Source: Acanthaster planci
Lineage: Eukaryota
Direction: 5' to 3'
Length of the DNA stretch: 64,000 bases
Assembly: GCF_001949145.1 (NCBI RefSeq)
Contig: NW_019091360.1
Location: forward strand, 3,160,864-3,224,863
Shown: piece after piece, positions 61,901-64,000 of the stretch
How the letters are laid out: every line of letters begins with the position of its first letter
Numbering within the stretch: position 1 is the stretch's first letter
Position numbers and translations under genes: made by a program
Notes under the pieces: model-generated
Seen by the model: the letters and a program-made list of their open reading frames with translations, nothing else
The model's database searches: none
What the model was told of the DNA's origin: nothing

Positions 61901-63549
61901 TGAGACTGCAGCTCGAGTCTGTGAGTTTTGGATAAAGCTACAGTCTGAGACAAAGCCCAGATTTGGCAAATGGGCCTGGTGTTCTCACAGAGGCCCTTCG
62001 CGATGTACACGTTGAAGCAACCTCCTCTATTTTGGAACAGAAGAGGGGTGGACTTATCCAAAATGACAACGGCCTTTGTTCCACACAACTAACGTTCCAA
62101 CTGCACATCCCAGTTTCAAAGTTGCTCTCTTTTCCACTCACTTATTGTTCGTCCTGTCTGTCGGCCATTGCTTGCTGCAGTCAAGGTGACAACGTAGCTA
62201 TCCTCAATCCCCACTGGGTTATTCCAATACAGACTCATTGATGATGTTGTTGTGTTGAACAAACGGATGGCAGAAACCTTGCTGGGCTCTGAAAACAGTC
62301 AGTCAAATCAACTAAGCAATAGCTGGCAAGTGCAGGCTTATGGGCAGAACAGTATTCAAATATAACATGGTCTCAGGGTGGACGGTCAATGTTAACTCCC
62401 GCAGTACTAGAAATCGACAAACTAGTTTCTGAAGTGAAAGGAGCTTCAACTATAAATGGGCACCGACTGACTATATAACCACAATAAACCACTTGATAAT
62501 TGATGTATTTCACATCCATGCATAGTCAGTTGCTATGACAATTTCAGGCATCATTTGAATGCTGAGCAACAGTTAGATGTGCTGCCATCTAGCATGATGC
62601 TTGCAAAGTGTGAACATTATCAAGCTTCATAAAGCACGCGCATAGTTGACTGTATCTTGGTTGGCCAGGGAACAGTTTACAATGCTTGAGTATTAGAACT
62701 TATGCGGGGGACCCATGAGTGTATCCCTGGTAAAAAGTGACTCGCACACGATGGTTGGAGGTTCGAATCCAGCTGCTGGCGGTATGTTGTGGCCCTTGGC
62801 AAGCCACTTCACCCTGGCTTGAATCTCTCCATCCAGGAGTATAAATGGATACCAGCATTAGCTGGGGAAGCCATGCACCTACGATGGACAGGCATCCCAT
62901 CCAGGGGGAATAGAAAAGTTGTCAGTCGTTTCATGCCAAGGAAACCGGAGATAAACATCAGCCTGATGAGCCAAATCGACTTGAACCAGACTTGTACAGC
63001 AAATGATGGTGAATTGACCAGTTTAATATCGGCTCTTAGTTATGACTATGTATGAGATACGATAACGGGAATTTTACATTTGAAGAAAAAGATGTGGTCT
63101 TAGAATTTAAGTTTTTGACACTGGGTAGGAATCTGCATTCCCTGGAAGGAAAGATGAAGATGTCCACAAGTACTGACTACATTTTTGAGAGGTTAACCTT
63201 AATTTAGGACTTGGAAATATTGAATTACAATTCCAGTTCTGAAAGACCCGGCAGCTGCACTTACTGAGTCGCTGTACAGTGACACTGAGGGCATCAGAGG
63301 TGATCACACCCCTCAGGGTGGTGCGGAGAGTGAGGGTGTATTCCTGTCCTGGGTCTAGGCCATACAGCCGAAGGGACCGCGGGGTGTAGTCCTTGGGGAA
63401 GCTCCGGGGAGACACGATGGTACCAGGACGGAAGACATAGGGGCTGTAGCTGATCTGGTAGTGGTCAAAGCTACCGCTGGTCAGGGCCTCCCATTCCACA
63501 ACCAGCTCGGTGTCGGTGTAAGACCTCACCCGAAGGTTCAGCGGGGTCA
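46857..63549 (-). CDS. Receptor-type tyrosine-protein phosphatase, R3 subtype (PTPRB/PTPRJ/PTPRQ/Ptp10D-like); spliced, 5' end outside the window
   Basis: 21 GT-AG exons with consistent phases encode five FN3 repeats, a juxtamembrane CNGPLK domain, a TM helix and a single PTP domain ([43 protein letters not shown]). Stop TAA at 46857-46859. Confidence 0.93.
47553..47582 (-). CDS. RPTP 30-nt microexon
   Basis: [25 protein letters not shown], phase 1-1. Confidence 0.6.
47832..47904 (-). CDS. RPTP exon, end of PTP domain
   Basis: [31 protein letters not shown] sites. Confidence 0.9.
48513..48651 (-). CDS. RPTP exon, P-loop/Q-loop
   Basis: [31 protein letters not shown]. Confidence 0.95.
49775..49923 (-). 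CDS. RPTP exon, WPD loop and catalytic Cys
   Basis: [29 protein letters not shown]. Confidence 0.95.
50080..50370. repeat. G/purine-rich low-complexity intronic tract
   Basis: Degenerate GGGCA/GGATG/GGGTG reiteration. Confidence 0.55.
50403..50525 (-). CDS. RPTP exon, PTP domain
   Basis: [32 protein letters not shown]. Confidence 0.95.
50723..50879. mobile_element. Intronic hAT-like palindromic MITE
   Basis: CAGACCTGCCAAC../..GTCGGCAGGTG, ~60-bp arms, 8-bp TSD TGTAAAAG (50715-50722 and 50880-50887). Confidence 0.8.
51272..51406 (-). CDS. RPTP exon, PTP domain
   Basis: [45 protein letters not shown]. Confidence 0.95.
51954..52024 (-). CDS. RPTP exon, PTP domain
   Basis: [23 protein letters not shown]. 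Confidence 0.93.
52434..52524 (-). CDS. RPTP exon, KNRY motif
   Basis: [30 protein letters not shown]. Confidence 0.9.
52797..52878 (-). CDS. RPTP exon, wedge region
   Basis: [28 protein letters not shown]. Confidence 0.9.
53060..53392 (+). repeat. Degenerate ~80-90-bp tandem repeat (3-4 units) resembling SINE B-box heads
   Basis: Units GGTTT(G/C)AA.C..AAGGGTT..TGAGATTG.GTCC..AGCAAGGTACA..AATTGC.TCT starting at ~53155, ~53238 and ~53319, with a weaker one at ~53060. Confidence 0.55.
53573..53713 (-). CDS. RPTP exon, cytoplasmic juxtamembrane
   Basis: [46 protein letters not shown]; phase 2-2. Confidence 0.8.
54225..54318 (-). CDS. RPTP exon, transmembrane helix
   Basis: [31 protein letters not shown]. 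Confidence 0.92.
54682..54752 (-). CDS. RPTP exon, membrane-proximal domain
   Basis: [23 protein letters not shown]. Confidence 0.9.
55222..55474 (-). CDS. RPTP exon, membrane-proximal domain
   Basis: [45 protein letters not shown]. Confidence 0.92.
55745..55897 (-). CDS. RPTP exon, membrane-proximal domain
   Basis: [33 protein letters not shown]. Confidence 0.88.
56250..56415 (-). CDS. RPTP exon, FN3 second half
   Basis: [41 protein letters not shown]. Confidence 0.92.
56762..56892 (-). CDS. RPTP exon, FN3 first half
   Basis: [38 protein letters not shown]. Confidence 0.92.
58544..58852 (-). CDS. RPTP exon, FN3 repeat
   Basis: [46 protein letters not shown]. Confidence 0.93.
59657..59800 (-). 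CDS. RPTP exon, FN3 second half
   Basis: [32 protein letters not shown]. Confidence 0.9.
60188..60340 (-). CDS. RPTP exon, FN3 first half
   Basis: [41 protein letters not shown]. Confidence 0.92.
61250..61485 (-). mobile_element. tRNA-derived SINE with V-SINE-like core
   Basis: B-box-like GAGTTTGAATCC followed by GTGGGTTTCTCCG..CCGGGTTTTCCTCCCAC on the minus strand. Confidence 0.65.
61641..61769 (-). CDS. RPTP exon, FN3 second half
   Basis: [43 protein letters not shown]; alternative in-frame acceptor at 61763. Confidence 0.9.
62142..62288 (-). CDS. RPTP exon, FN3 first half
   Basis: [35 protein letters not shown]. Confidence 0.92.
62706..62993 (+). mobile_element. tRNA-derived SINE
   Basis: B box GGTTCGAATCC at ~62760, CCCTTGGCAAG, TATAAATGGATACC core, CGATGGAC.GGCATCCCATCCAGGGG and GAAACCGGAGATAA tail. 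Confidence 0.75.
63265..63549 (-). CDS. RPTP exon, FN3 repeat
   Basis: [43 protein letters not shown]; phase 1-1. Confidence 0.93.
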
Positions 63550-64000
63550 CTGGGAGGAATCAAAGGGCAAAGAAACAAATTACAACCTGGAGTGGGTCTC
63601 AGTTAAAGCTGCTCTGACTAAAAACACCTCATTCATCTACAATGAAGAGATGGGTGGGGAAAAAAAGTCAACTTAGTGTACTGTACACATGCAAAGACAT
63701 GCAGGGTCAGAGTGGAAATGAGGGTCAAAGGTTAAAGAAACAAATTGTCGCATTCTTTTCCTCCGTATCAATGCAATTACCTCACAAAAGTTGACCTTTT
63801 AGGTTTGAACTGACACAGAAGTACGTGTATATTTTATCAGTTCATATGAGCTGGTTTGGTACTTCAATTGTGCATGTTCCAAACCTAGCAAACTGGAGGT
63901 CATTAAGTACACATTAGATCAGCCTTTACAGAGCACTTACACGCATTTACCATCTTCAAATTGGTGAGAGATGAGGTGCTTTCTTCTAAAATGATCTTGC

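Noticed and set aside
61938..62141. MAM-domain-like start [10 protein letters not shown]
   Set aside because: It lies immediately after a strong GTGAGT donor between two halves of one FN3 repeat and has no further MAM motifs; most likely chance intron read-through.
1..64000. CRISPR array, rRNA or prokaryotic operon
   Set aside because: No regularly spaced identical repeats, rRNA motifs or dense intronless gene arrays; the sequence is eukaryotic.

Overview
Eukaryotic draft-assembly sequence (AT-rich, spliceosomal introns, four N gaps at 18243-18706, 23529-24194, 48745-49256 and 57234-58183). It is metazoan, and probably a marine invertebrate such as an echinoderm (inferred from the repeat types and the very frequent TACATGTA motif). 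The right third holds the 3' part of a minus-strand, multi-exon R3-type receptor protein tyrosine phosphatase gene: FN3 repeats, TM helix and one PTP domain, with 21 phase-consistent exons traced at 46857-63549, continuing beyond the window. The left two-thirds are mostly decayed mobile DNA: a Polinton-like/adintovirus-type endogenous virus (pPolB, capsid, Cys/His-repeat ORF, ACTACT terminus), a piggyBac element nested in a PHD-finger-bearing relic, a DIRS1-type retroelement with recognisable ITR/ICR architecture, a hammerhead-like motif, SINEs and many MITEs. The most unusual structure is a ~9 kb imperfect palindrome (18.7-27.9 kb) centred on a gap. It contains exon-like blocks and four copies of one unit in alternating orientation. 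All family assignments are by manual motif recognition and all identity values are eyeball estimates; no searches were run.
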